Part shown: piece by piece, positions 19,011 to 29,900 of the stretch
Layout: each line of letters begins with the position of its first letter
Position numbering within the stretch: the stretch's first letter is position 1
Virus record (IMG/VR): IMGVR_UViG_3300042884_001120
Location: 64,001-128,000 of that record
DNA length: 64,000 nt
From: a virus
Strand: one strand, 5' to 3'
Translations under genes and position numbers: made by a program
Notes under the pieces: model-generated
Databases searched by the model: none
Told to the model about the DNA's origin: nothing
The model's input: only the letters and a program-made list of their open reading frames with translations

Positions 19011-21599
19011 TTATATACCCGAATCTTTTAAGAAATTTATTTCGTTTGTTGTGGGCATATTACCATTCAGACTACCAACTGGTCTAATTTTGTCTATTAG
19101 GTTCTGCATTATATACTCATCACTTGGTGGTTGTACAACCTTATCTTCAAATGAATAAGAAGTATATATACCATTATCTGACACAGTTATCTGTATAGAA
19201 GAGAGCCCGTCACTAACATTATACTGAACTGGCATTAAACCAGCTACTTTAAATGACGCTGTTTTTTGCACTTCTATCATTTCATAGCTAGAGTTATCAT
19301 AAATAGAATCTACATAATTTTTAATATCCCCTTCTGGTATTATACAATTTTGCGAATTACCTCTTACTAAATTTAAGTTATCTTCTCTAATTTCTTTAAA
19401 ATTATAATCAATTTGTGCTACATTAGTACTACTAATATCTCTAGTTATAGTATATTGAATTTTTGGTATTACTTTTGAGAAACTTGCGGAAGCGCGTATA
19501 TGAATATCATATCCCGCATCTCCATCATTAAAATTACTTAAATCACTCAAACATTGCGATGGGGTAAATATTTCCATGCCCGGCAGCGTAATTTTGGCAC
19601 ACTGATTACTTTTTAATCCATACTTACCCAGAACCTTGCTTACTTGATCGCCATTTGTAGATTCAATAGACTCTACCTTATCTGTTTGGGCCGGAGTATC
19701 TAATGGGTGCGCCGATGCACCAATTTTTACTGAAAAATCATTTAATTCTCTGGCAAAAAATAATTTAATATTTGTATTTTGCCTTGCTTCGGGAAACAGT
19801 CTGAAAAGAAAGTTAGGTCTTCCTTCAGTATTCCCAAAAACTTTTGGCAAATGCTCCTCGTACCATTTGAAAAGCGAATCGTAATATTTTAAGTCATCGC
19901 CACTTGGACTCCATTTAGCATCTCTATTTAACAATAAAAAAGAACTACTTGCACGAATTTTTTTATCTTTATCGCCACCATTCGCCTGAGTAAATGGATC
20001 TTGATTTTGCTGTTGATCTGACTTTAAATCGTTCTTTAACCCAGCAACTAAAGAACCAGACTGGTGCCCAAAATTAAAAATATCTAATCCATTAAGATCT
20101 TGACGCGCTGGATACCATTGAACGCCGCCATCTGGACTCTCCGCGTCTATCTGAGTTCTACTATTACTCGCTCCGGGTACTGGGGTATTAAATTTTTTAT
20201 GCCAGAATTTACCCAAAAAATTCTTAGCCATATACTCAGCATCTGAAAACTGCTTTTCAGCTAACTCTTCATTTACTTCGGCAACAAAAAAGTAATAAGA
20301 CGGGTTAGTAAGCGGATCTCTATTGTTTTTCTTGTCAAAATCCTGAAGATTTTTTAAATCTTCTTTTGCTAGCTTTTTTTTGCACGACACGAAATTAGCA
20401 CTACCATTAACAGCAGAATATACATCAAGTATTTTCATATTGCCAAACTGACTCAATATCTTGTTCTGCTGAGATGGTAACTCTTGACTATCTTCGCCTT
20501 TTTGTATTTTATAGTAATTATTGGCTGTATCGGCATTTAATATTGCGTAATAACGAAACCAAACAAAGGCATCTCTTACAGATCTGCCATAATACGATAA
20601 TGCCGCCTCAAGTTCTTTTAATTTTATAAACTCAGTCCCATTCGGGTTTTCTTCGCTATAAACACTAGGATCTAATAGATCCTTCATAGTTAAGCACTTT
20701 AAATTTTGGAAAGATTGGCTTTGAGATAATTCGCATGGATAGTTTTTTACAAGGCCTTCTTTTGCAAAGTAACCTAATAAACCCCTACTAAATGTATTTT
20801 GTTTACTACCACCATATTGCAAATCAATAACATTACTAATTCCTTCTAACTCCGAAATTGCGGGAATTTTTAATGGGTGTTTTCTATCTACAAAAAACAA
20901 CTTATTAACTATTGGGTCCCAATAATAAGCCAATCCCAAATCAGAACACCATGCGCCTAAAACATCCTTTAGTTTTCCAGTATGTTGGGCACGAAACCTA
21001 TTATTAATATTAGATGGCGCATCGTAGGAGAGTGGTAATTTACCTAATAAATCATTGAATGTATAATATACATCCAAGATTTGAAAATCTGCTAAAGACT
21101 GATCACAGGTACTTTGATATTTATTTTCTGGAGTATTGGGGCATGGATCACAAGGGTCTATAATAGTTTCATTAAGTTCTTGATAACTTACAGTAGAATC
21201 ATAATTTTTATCGCATGGATGATACTCTTTTCCAACAATAATCAAATTCTTTGCACCACCGCTCTGAAGGCCATGTCTTTTATAAAGGCCAACATACCAT
21301 CTATCTAAATCTGCACTTTTATCTACATACTTTAAATTTAGTATTTTTTGATCTGGTGATTTGCTTATATCATAACTAACTAAATAACCATTAAAAACAA
21401 AAGAACCTATGCTAACTTTAGCAGTATCTTCGAAAGTTAGCTCGTTATCAATATCTGGATACCGACCATTTTCACTCACTACGCTAACAGATAGTGTAGA
21501 TGGTGATGATCCATCATTAAAATCCCAAGATATATTATAGGGTAGCCCCCCATAAAAATTTCCCTTGATATCACTAACTGTAAGAATTTTTGTAGGCAT
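19011..21599 (-). CDS. Putative baseplate hub/tail tip protein
   Basis: N-terminal PSTLSVSVV...FVFNGYLVSY...LKYVD pattern and YYWD motif of hub-like proteins; synteny. Confidence 0.55.
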   Translation of the reverse strand: MPTKILTVSDIKGNFYGGLPYNISWDFNDGSSPSTLSVSVVSENGRYPDIDNELTFEDTAKVSIGSFVFNGYLVSYDISKSPDQKILNLKYVDKSADLDRWYVGLYKRHGLQSGGAKNLIIVGKEYHPCDKNYDSTVSYQELNETIIDPCDPCPNTPENKYQSTCDQSLADFQILDVYYTFNDLLGKLPLSYDAPSNINNRFRAQHTGKLKDVLGAWCSDLGLAYYWDPIVNKLFFVDRKHPLKIPAISELEGISNVIDLQYGGSKQNTFSRGLLGYFAKEGLVKNYPCELSQSQSFQNLKCLTMKDLLDPSVYSEENPNGTEFIKLKELEAALSYYGRSVRDAFVWFRYYAILNADTANNYYKIQKGEDSQELPSQQNKILSQFGNMKILDVYSAVNGSANFVSCKKKLAKEDLKNLQDFDKKNNRDPLTNPSYYFFVAEVNEELAEKQFSDAEYMAKNFLGKFWHKKFNTPVPGASNSRTQIDAESPDGGVQWYPARQDLNGLDIFNFGHQSGSLVAGLKNDLKSDQQQNQDPFTQANGGDKDKKIRASSSFLLLNRDAKWSPSGDDLKYYDSLFKWYEEHLPKVFGNTEGRPNFLFRLFPEARQNTNIKLFFARELNDFSVKIGASAHPLDTPAQTDKVESIESTNGDQVSKVLGKYGLKSNQCAKITLPGMEIFTPSQCLSDLSNFNDGDAGYDIHIRASASFSKVIPKIQYTITRDISSTNVAQIDYNFKEIREDNLNLVRGNSQNCIIPEGDIKNYVDSIYDNSSYEMIEVQKTASFKVAGLMPVQYNVSDGLSSIQITVSDNGIYTSYSFEDKVVQPPSDEYIMQNLIDKIRPVGSLNGNMPTTNEINFLKDSGI

Positions 21600-21603
21600 T
21601 TTG

Positions 21604-23748
21604 TTAAAAAAGGTCGTTATTATTATATAATATATCAGAATTTATATCAAAAATACCGCTTCCAGCATTACTGTCAAAATTCGGCAATTCTAAATAATCT
21701 ACCCCAACATTTAAACGTTTTCCAGACAAATATACTTCCGAATAGTTAGTATAATATCTATTTTCAGCTTTAATTAAATTACTATTTCCAGTGATATTAT
21801 AATCAAATATGGCTGGCAGTAATAACAAATCTCCAGATCCGTAAGAAAAAATCCCATTATATTCATCAAAATATAAACCCGATGGGGTTACAGCGTAATC
21901 ACAATTAATTCCAATATTTTCAATTTTTCCAGAAATCATTTTCCTGCCAGAAAAGAATAGCCTACTATTGGTTGGCCAATCAAGAATAAATCCAACTCCA
22001 GATGGATAATAACCAGAAGCCATACAGCCCGAAGAATTAATTAATCTATATGTAACCCAAGACCATATGTTTAGCGAAGAACCATTACCAATTGCTCTTA
22101 TTTTACTAAAATTATTATTCAATCTAGGTATAATACTTGAATATCCACCAGATATATTATTAATTAATGCTATATTAATCCCACTTTCAAGTCCACTTAT
22201 CTCACTTAAAATTTGTAAAGATACTGACCCAACCCCAGCGCCACTAGCATATATAAATATTAAGGAACTTTCCCCTGAAGATACGTCAACCCAATCACCA
22301 GTAAAATCTACTGACTGTCCAGTTGCTAAAAATCCAGTTTTTATTTCTGCAGATTCAGAATAACAGCCGCCCAAACTAAAATCTTTTATATATAAATTAG
22401 TATTATAAGCGTTTTCAACGCTATCAATTATAACCATGTCATTATCACTAGAATTACTACTAAAAAATACTTCATTTCTAGAATTAACCAAATAATCATT
22501 TGATATATTATTTTTTATGTCATATACAGAACCACTTGTAATATTTATTCCAGAAATTTTTGCCAATCCATTTTTTGAAATATAGTAAAAATAATTAGCA
22601 TCATAATTATTAAAAAAAGAGTTTTTGACATAGTCATATTGGCCCTTTAAATTTGTTCTATATGTATAATCATAATTGCCGGTTGGAACGCTTATATCAA
22701 CAACCGCATTATCTTGCATATTGTTTAATATATTTATTTTTGATCTACCAAAAGAATTGACAAAATTACTGTTAAAAACAACATATCCACCACTATATCC
22801 AGTTGACTCAATCACCCTTTGTCCAGAAAGAGGAATTATTCCAGTACCATATTCTGTACCAGTAAGTGCTATTTGGGAATAGCCAGTATACTCAATACCA
22901 AAATCATCAATAAGAACACCAGTAGCAATAATTGAATAACCAGTTATATTAGAATAATACTCAGTTATGCCAGTAGAATATCCAGTTATTTCATTAATAG
23001 TGACCTGTTCGACATAGGGAGTATCTGGTATAAAACTATGTGCAAAACCAGTATTTAAGTATACAATATCATTTAGATATACATAAGGACTAAACAGCAT
23101 AAACTGCTGCATATAGCCAGTGAATCTTTTATTATAGTTATAACTATTTACTACATTGGTATTATAACCTAAGTATATATTTTTAGGATCAAAAATATAA
23201 TTACCATCAATTAAAAAATTATTCGAATTTAGTTTGTTATAAAAATAATTATAATCACCAAATGAAATTTTATTATTGGTTACCGTTAAATATACAGAAC
23301 CCTTATCCGATAGCGTGGAACTAGAAGTGAAAACCTGAGGGCCATTATTTGTATAATATTCGAAATATAAAGCGTTATTAGCAGTGAAACCAAATTCAAA
23401 GCCCTTGTAATAGAATCCCGAGCCGTTATTTCCGGTATCTACTGTTGATATTAAAGTGCCTCCTCCACTAGCCAAATTTTCATAAACTACTACATAAGTA
23501 CTATCTGATAAATTAATATCATTTCCAGTATTTGTTATCTTAACAGAATTACCAGAAAAAAATCCATTTCCAGAATTATTCCAGAAACCATTTAATGTGG
23601 GAACTATCTGTCCGCTAACTTCCGCACCAATTCCACTAATATTAGTAATAGAATTTCCAGTTAAATTAAAATCAAAAAACACCCTGCAATTATCATTTGC
23701 AACGCTATTATATAAGTTTAAAAAATATGGAACTGAGTGATTTGACAT
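21604..23748 (-). CDS. Tail protein with N-terminal LamG-like domain
   Basis: VFFDFN...YLGY...FTGYMQQFMLFS pattern; S/T-G rich. Confidence 0.6.
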   Translation of the reverse strand: MSNHSVPYFLNLYNSVANDNCRVFFDFNLTGNSITNISGIGAEVSGQIVPTLNGFWNNSGNGFFSGNSVKITNTGNDINLSDSTYVVVYENLASGGGTLISTVDTGNNGSGFYYKGFEFGFTANNALYFEYYTNNGPQVFTSSSTLSDKGSVYLTVTNNKISFGDYNYFYNKLNSNNFLIDGNYIFDPKNIYLGYNTNVVNSYNYNKRFTGYMQQFMLFSPYVYLNDIVYLNTGFAHSFIPDTPYVEQVTINEITGYSTGITEYYSNITGYSIIATGVLIDDFGIEYTGYSQIALTGTEYGTGIIPLSGQRVIESTGYSGGYVVFNSNFVNSFGRSKINILNNMQDNAVVDISVPTGNYDYTYRTNLKGQYDYVKNSFFNNYDANYFYYISKNGLAKISGINITSGSVYDIKNNISNDYLVNSRNEVFFSSNSSDNDMVIIDSVENAYNTNLYIKDFSLGGCYSESAEIKTGFLATGQSVDFTGDWVDVSSGESSLIFIYASGAGVGSVSLQILSEISGLESGINIALINNISGGYSSIIPRLNNNFSKIRAIGNGSSLNIWSWVTYRLINSSGCMASGYYPSGVGFILDWPTNSRLFFSGRKMISGKIENIGINCDYAVTPSGLYFDEYNGIFSYGSGDLLLLPAIFDYNITGNSNLIKAENRYYTNYSEVYLSGKRLNVGVDYLELPNFDSNAGSGIFDINSDILYNNNDLF

Positions 23749-25340
23749 TATATTGAAAAAATTGATGTTTCTGCGGTATCGCTTATAGTGAAAGAATACG
23801 TATATCCATTATCTTCTGCTCGCAAATTTCTTTCAACTCTATCTTCAACTCTTAATCTATTGCTAAAACCCACAGTATATAAATTTAAAATTTCTATTGC
23901 CTTGTTTCTTACTAACGAAGTTTTGTCATCCGAAGTTTCAAAAGTTGCACTACCCTGCACTGAAATTTGTCCACGACTAAACATATTTAAATTAAAAGCA
24001 CCATTATTGCCATCAAGATATTGTATTGGATTGTATTTATTTATTGAAGGGGTTATTGACAAATTCCATTCAAAAGTTTTAAAACCAGCTGGTGGAATCT
24101 GACTGTTATCAAAACTTGACTGGATAGAAATAGTTCCATTTATTCTATCTCTCTTAACGCTATAATTTTTAGCGTTGGTATTCATCGGTAAACTGGGATT
24201 AGTTACATTTTGTAAATAAAATTGTTGGCATAGTGGTATTATATTTAAATTATTTAAAGCGGCCTCTGCTTTGGCCAATCTACTGGATTCTGGCCCCCTT
24301 GCTGTTAAAGTTCCATTAAAACCAACCGAAACCTGATCGGTTAGAAATTCGTTATTAATATCTATATTATAATCGAATTTTATATCTTGAGGATCACTTG
24401 TGTAACTATAATTAAAATCTATCTTGTTATCAATGTCGTTCTCGTTAATTGAAAAACTTTCTGGCTCAATATTTAAATAAGTATAATTTGTTAATTTAGT
24501 AAAATTAGTTAATGTTATATTATATGGTTTAAAATTAGCAAACTCTGCTCTTAACTGCGCCATTGTTTTACATGACCCGCCATCTAAATTTCCATTAATA
24601 GATGCGGTATACAAACCTCTCTCATCATCATAATCAGCATCTACATTATAAGATATTATGCTAGAAGTTCTTGCGCCTTTTCTTAAAAGATAATCAATAT
24701 CAATGCTGTACTCGGAATTAAATCTATTAACTGTTTCTGAAATTTTTCTTGGACACAAGTTAGATTGCGATGGCGTAATATTAATAAATTTCGGCAGAAT
24801 TAAAGAACTAACCCCAGTTAAAGATTGTACATAAGACCTAGCATTACTTAGGGCATTATTTGTACCATTTGAAGTATTAAATCCTCGCGCTGAAAATGAT
24901 CTAGTAATTGCCACTGTTCCATCTTGCTGTTCCGTATATTTAATAGTAGAGACCGGATCTAACACCCCATATGTACCCGTAAATAAGTTTTCCGAATAAG
25001 ATGTTAAATCTATAGTAAAATTTAACATACCAACATAATTAGACTGATCAAAGTCAATAGAGTTTACTTTTATATATTTACCACTAAAAAGAGATTGCCC
25101 ATCTTGTTTGATTTCAAGATTTTTAAAATCCTCACGAAAACCAGAAAAAACCTTGTTTTGTTTAAATATTAAATCTGAATAGGAATCAGAGCATATACCA
25201 GTAACCATTCCCTGTAATGTTATCTTTTTTGACACGCCCCATCTCTGACCATAACTAATAAACTCGTCATCAATACCTATGAATGGCGTAGGTGCTACGC
25301 CACTAAAAACATCAATTCCATTGTAAAAAACCTTTACCAT
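23748..25340 (-). CDS. Putative distal tail protein (paralogue-like of upstream gene)
   Basis: Second gene after the tape measure; beta-rich; start ATG 25340 or TTG 25349. Confidence 0.55.
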   Translation of the reverse strand: MVKVFYNGIDVFSGVAPTPFIGIDDEFISYGQRWGVSKKITLQGMVTGICSDSYSDLIFKQNKVFSGFREDFKNLEIKQDGQSLFSGKYIKVNSIDFDQSNYVGMLNFTIDLTSYSENLFTGTYGVLDPVSTIKYTEQQDGTVAITRSFSARGFNTSNGTNNALSNARSYVQSLTGVSSLILPKFINITPSQSNLCPRKISETVNRFNSEYSIDIDYLLRKGARTSSIISYNVDADYDDERGLYTASINGNLDGGSCKTMAQLRAEFANFKPYNITLTNFTKLTNYTYLNIEPESFSINENDIDNKIDFNYSYTSDPQDIKFDYNIDINNEFLTDQVSVGFNGTLTARGPESSRLAKAEAALNNLNIIPLCQQFYLQNVTNPSLPMNTNAKNYSVKRDRINGTISIQSSFDNSQIPPAGFKTFEWNLSITPSINKYNPIQYLDGNNGAFNLNMFSRGQISVQGSATFETSDDKTSLVRNKAIEILNLYTVGFSNRLRVEDRVERNLRAEDNGYTYSFTISDTAETSIFSI

Positions 25341-25374
25341 AAGTACCAATACTTATTTACACTTTTTTGAACAC

Positions 25375-26913
25375 TTATGGCAATGAAGTTATCGATGCAT
25401 TTAGAGAAAAACTTCTTGAAAATGGGTTATAAGTATAGCTAACATCAGATAAAAACTCGCTAGAGCTATTTAATGGCGATATATAAGACTTAGCGGCCGC
25501 CAAGTAAGTGCCCAAACTGGTTGTAGCCTTACCATTCAAGTTTACAGTATAGGAAATTGTATTTGGTAATAAATTTGGCTGTTTTTGTAATATTTCCTTA
25601 TAATTAACAATATTAAAAGTACTGGCCAAGTTTCTATTAAAAGTTTTACTAATTGTTATTAGAGCTTTTCTTACATCTATATTGCTACCCAAATTAGAAT
25701 CGGAATTTGTATATTTTACAGTATAATCTACTTTTCCAGCAACCTTGTTAAATGTAGTTGACTGTGTAACAATTTTAATACCATTAACATAAGAAGATAA
25801 TCTTGAAGATATATTTGGACTAATTGCTAGCCAACCGTTTCTAGCATTTTGATATTTTACATCTATAATATGGTCAAAACCAACAACACTTCCCTGTTCT
25901 GTCAGTGTATATTGCCCAGCTTCCGATTTATCTACTGTAATTTCATATTGCCAATAGTAAGAGCTTTGAATTCTTTCTGTATTAGAGAAAACTATAGTAT
26001 AACTAACAGTGCCCTCAAATGGGGCCGCTGCCCAAGATTTAGTTATTGGATTTGTAGCTAAAGTATTATTACTAGCAGTTGGTAGGTAGTTTGTAAAAAT
26101 AGTATTACATCTTGAATAAGCATTAGCAATATCAGCTTTTGCCTGAGTGTTTGCAGTATCAAATGCAGTTGTTGTATGTCCAACATATTCAGCTTTTTCT
26201 GTTATTTTACCAACGCCAGCGTTATCAAAATCAATACTATGACTTAAACTTAAAGAGTAAACAGAATTAGAGTCTTTATTTATTTCAAAATTTCTTGAGA
26301 ATTGATACTCATTATTAATACTATCATAACTTTCATCGTAGTATTTTTTAATCTGCGAATCGTTGTATTTATTTCCAACAGTATTAATTAAATTATTATT
26401 GTTAAAGAAGTTTTCGGCCATTGTTTTGGCCGCTGTAACTGCGTCCAAAGAATACGGCCCCTTTAAACTAAAATTAATCGACTGCGAATAATTATCTTTA
26501 TTTAAGTTACGATCAAACGTACTAGATTCCGAGAAGTTCTCCAAGTACTTGGAATAAGTAAATATTAGTCCACCATAATCAGTTCCCAATAAACTAGAAA
26601 AATCCCCTTCTTCTGGAATGTCTATATTGACAGTGTAAGTTTTTGTTCTTACGTCATTACCATTGGCAAAACTAATACTTGTTATTGTACCAAGTCCAAA
26701 ATCATTACCATTAATTACTATTGGTTGCCAATTTTCAGAATCTAGTTCAAAAGATTTTAAATCAGTAATAATGCCAGTAACACCATCAGAATTTGTCAGG
26801 TCTAATAATAAACCTTCTATAGCTAATTTTTTAACTGTTCTATAACGAACTGTATCTGAAAAAAACTCAGAAGTTCTGGAAACAGAAAGTAATGTAGCAT
26901 TATTAAAGTTCAT
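25375..26913 (-). CDS. Putative distal tail protein
   Basis: Immediately downstream of the tape measure gene; beta-rich. Confidence 0.55.
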   Translation of the reverse strand: MNFNNATLLSVSRTSEFFSDTVRYRTVKKLAIEGLLLDLTNSDGVTGIITDLKSFELDSENWQPIVINGNDFGLGTITSISFANGNDVRTKTYTVNIDIPEEGDFSSLLGTDYGGLIFTYSKYLENFSESSTFDRNLNKDNYSQSINFSLKGPYSLDAVTAAKTMAENFFNNNNLINTVGNKYNDSQIKKYYDESYDSINNEYQFSRNFEINKDSNSVYSLSLSHSIDFDNAGVGKITEKAEYVGHTTTAFDTANTQAKADIANAYSRCNTIFTNYLPTASNNTLATNPITKSWAAAPFEGTVSYTIVFSNTERIQSSYYWQYEITVDKSEAGQYTLTEQGSVVGFDHIIDVKYQNARNGWLAISPNISSRLSSYVNGIKIVTQSTTFNKVAGKVDYTVKYTNSDSNLGSNIDVRKALITISKTFNRNLASTFNIVNYKEILQKQPNLLPNTISYTVNLNGKATTSLGTYLAAAKSYISPLNSSSEFLSDVSYTYNPFSRSFSLNASITSLP

Positions 26914-26916
26914 TTA

Positions 26917-29900
26917 TTAAGTGATGTTAAGACCAAGAACGTTGAAAAGAGGTTTTGGTTTTTTGGGCGGCGGATTTAAACTTGGATCCTTAGTTACGGT
27001 TGCGGCTGCTATTGCCTCTACTTTGGCTAATCTTCCCTGTATAACATCAATAATTTCCTGATCAACACCTTGAAGCTCTTGTTGAATTTGTTGCCCCTGA
27101 GCTTGTGATGCGGCATTTATTGCGATTGTAATTGGAGAATTAAAACTAAGAGATGATTCGCCCGCTTGTGCTTGAGTCATATTTCTTTGAGTTTCTTCTT
27201 TTTGTCTTTGTATAACATCCATTTCCCCCTGAGTACTTAGCATCATACCCTGATATGGATTTGCTAGAGGGGAACCCGGTAAGGTCTGAGCCCTTTGTGA
27301 TTCAAGTGCGGCATCTGGCATTGTGAACCTTTCTCTATACATTTGGTTAGGTGCTGATTCTAGTAAATTACGCCCACCCATTAAAGCCGCACTATTCATG
27401 CCAACAGCTGGATTAAATATTGTTGACAAGTCTCCCCCTTTTTGTACTTCTTGTGCCGCCATGCCCGGAAGCTGCGCACCTTGTCCAGCTAACCCTCCCA
27501 AAATACTTACCATATTAGAAAGATAGCCATTTGACATTCCTATCTGCGTTGTAAAAACATCTCCTAGACTTCTTATTCCGTCTGGAATTTTATTGACCTC
27601 TTCTGTAGCCGCGCCGTATGTTGCCGATAAAGCAGCGCCTTCCGGACCTAGTTTGCTTATTATATCAGATTGCTTGCCCCTAAGTTGTTCAACTCGCGCG
27701 CTTTGTATATTAGCATCAGTTGGCTTAAATGCTATACCAGCCTTAACCTTTGCCGCCTCCATCAAGCCCTGTTCTGAAGTAAGCGCACCAGTGGTTTGCC
27801 TAACGGTTCTTGCAGCCATTGCTGGATCCAAACCAACTTTCGCTAAATTAGCCTCAATTGACGCCTGTTGTTTTTGACCAATTTTAGCCATAGATTCTAC
27901 CGCCATTTGATACATTGGATTGCTTGTGTCTATAGTGCCTCCTGTGGCTTGATAGGCTTTTATCCAATCGCTAGCGGCCTGTCCCCTTTGTTCGTCCGTA
28001 GCTGTCGTGTCTTTTTGTACGGCAATAAAATTATCTGTGGCCTCTGTAAATTTATCTGACACTGAATTGTCTCCCATTCCGCCATCGTTAAACATCTGAT
28101 CCATCGTTCCACCCAATTTATCCATTTCCTGAATAGTTACTTTAATTAACTCGTCCAGACGCTGAACAGTTTTGGTAGCAGCATCTTTTTGCGCAGCGAA
28201 TAGTAATTTATTATTACTATTGAATGTTTCTCTAAGTTTATTAAGCTGCTCCTCATCTTTAACCCCATTTTCTTTTAATGCAGAAATCATTCCCTCAGTA
28301 TCATATTGCTCTAATGGGCCCAAGGGCCCTTGTATTGTATTAGTTTTAACTGACCCAATTTTAGCAGATATATCTTGAATTTTTTTTGAAAAATCTTGAT
28401 TGCCAGTCACTCCAGATAAGTCACCTAACTGACCTCTTATATCATTATACTGACTAAAATCTTTAACTCCAGTGGCTGTTGGTATTGCTTTTTCGAACGC
28501 TGTATTCAAAGACTGTTTAATGGCCTCATCTATGTCTGCCGCAGATTTAGTTTGCTGTGCGCCAATAGTATCTTGATATATATTTTTTGTTTTAAGGTTT
28601 GATGCAGCTTTTTCAAACCCAAGTGCCTCTAAAATATCAACCTGTCCAGTTGATTTTGTTCTTTTAAAATCCGAAGCAAATTCTGCACCTGAAGTTGCAA
28701 TGCTTGTTCTCGTTGCAATATCCATACTTGATATTACTTTTTTCAACTTGTTTTCAAAATCTTGCAAGGCTTTTACGGCCGCCTGATTACGATCCACAAA
28801 ACCCTTGGCCGTATTCCTAGCCCCATCTAGTCTTATTCTTTTTTCTTCTGAAATTGCCTTGGCTAAATCTTGTGCAAAACTCTGCCAAGAATTTCCAAAC
28901 TGTTGTTCTAATTTTCCAGCTTGCTCCTCAGTAAGTCCTAGCGCACCTCTCAATTTACTTAAATCAATAGTTGCAGATGATAATTCATCACCCATTGCCT
29001 TAAGTTCAGCGTCAGTCTTTCCGCTAATAGCTTGCTTTGATATTTGCGCACCAAATTGTTCTTTATTAATTTTTCCGCCAATAGCGGCTTCAGCAATAGA
29101 AGTTGACTGAACTGCCGCTCCTTGTTTTGCTAGTCTATCACTTAAAGTTTTTAATACATCAGTTAGATTTTTTTGAGTTTTTGCGAAATCAAGACCACCA
29201 GCACTTATAGCCTTTTGTGCTTCTGGACTTGCATTACTTGCGATAGCTCTAATTTCTTTTTCTAACGCTACGGCCTCTCTAGAACCAGCATTACCACCTT
29301 GTCTTAATTCTTGCAGTTGTTCTAATTTTGGAAGTACAGCTTGAGTAACTTCGGCAAGCCTTGATTGCTCTTCCGATGTTTTTTTGGTGGATGCCTGCAA
29401 TTCTGGAAGGTTTGTCCTCGACTCATTTAACGCTTTAGTCCAAGCAGTTAATCCGCCGACAGCCAAACCAAGCGCCCCACCAATAGCGGTTCCGACAGGC
29501 CCTAAGGCGCTACCAACTAAAGCCCCAGTACCAGCGGCAGATAGGGCGGTTCCAATGCCAGTAACTGCGGCAGATTTAACTCTACCTTCTTTATTTGTGG
29601 TATCTATAGATGAGGCAACGGTTTCAGCTATAATCGGTGCAAAAGCCAACGCTGTTCCAGCAGCGCCAGCACCAGCCTGTAGCCTTGATGCGTTACGGGC
29701 GCCACGACTCAGTGTTTCGGCACCACCAGCTTGAATTGTTTTTAGTTTTGCGCGCCTGTCTTTAATTTCTTGGGCAAGCTGATTTCTTTCCTGCGTCTGT
29801 GTTGCGCTTAATTGTTTTGCCGCCTCACGCCTCTGGGAAATTTCTTCGGTAGTAACCTGTATTAAAGCCGCTTTTCTTGTGGCAATTTCTTCTTGATACG

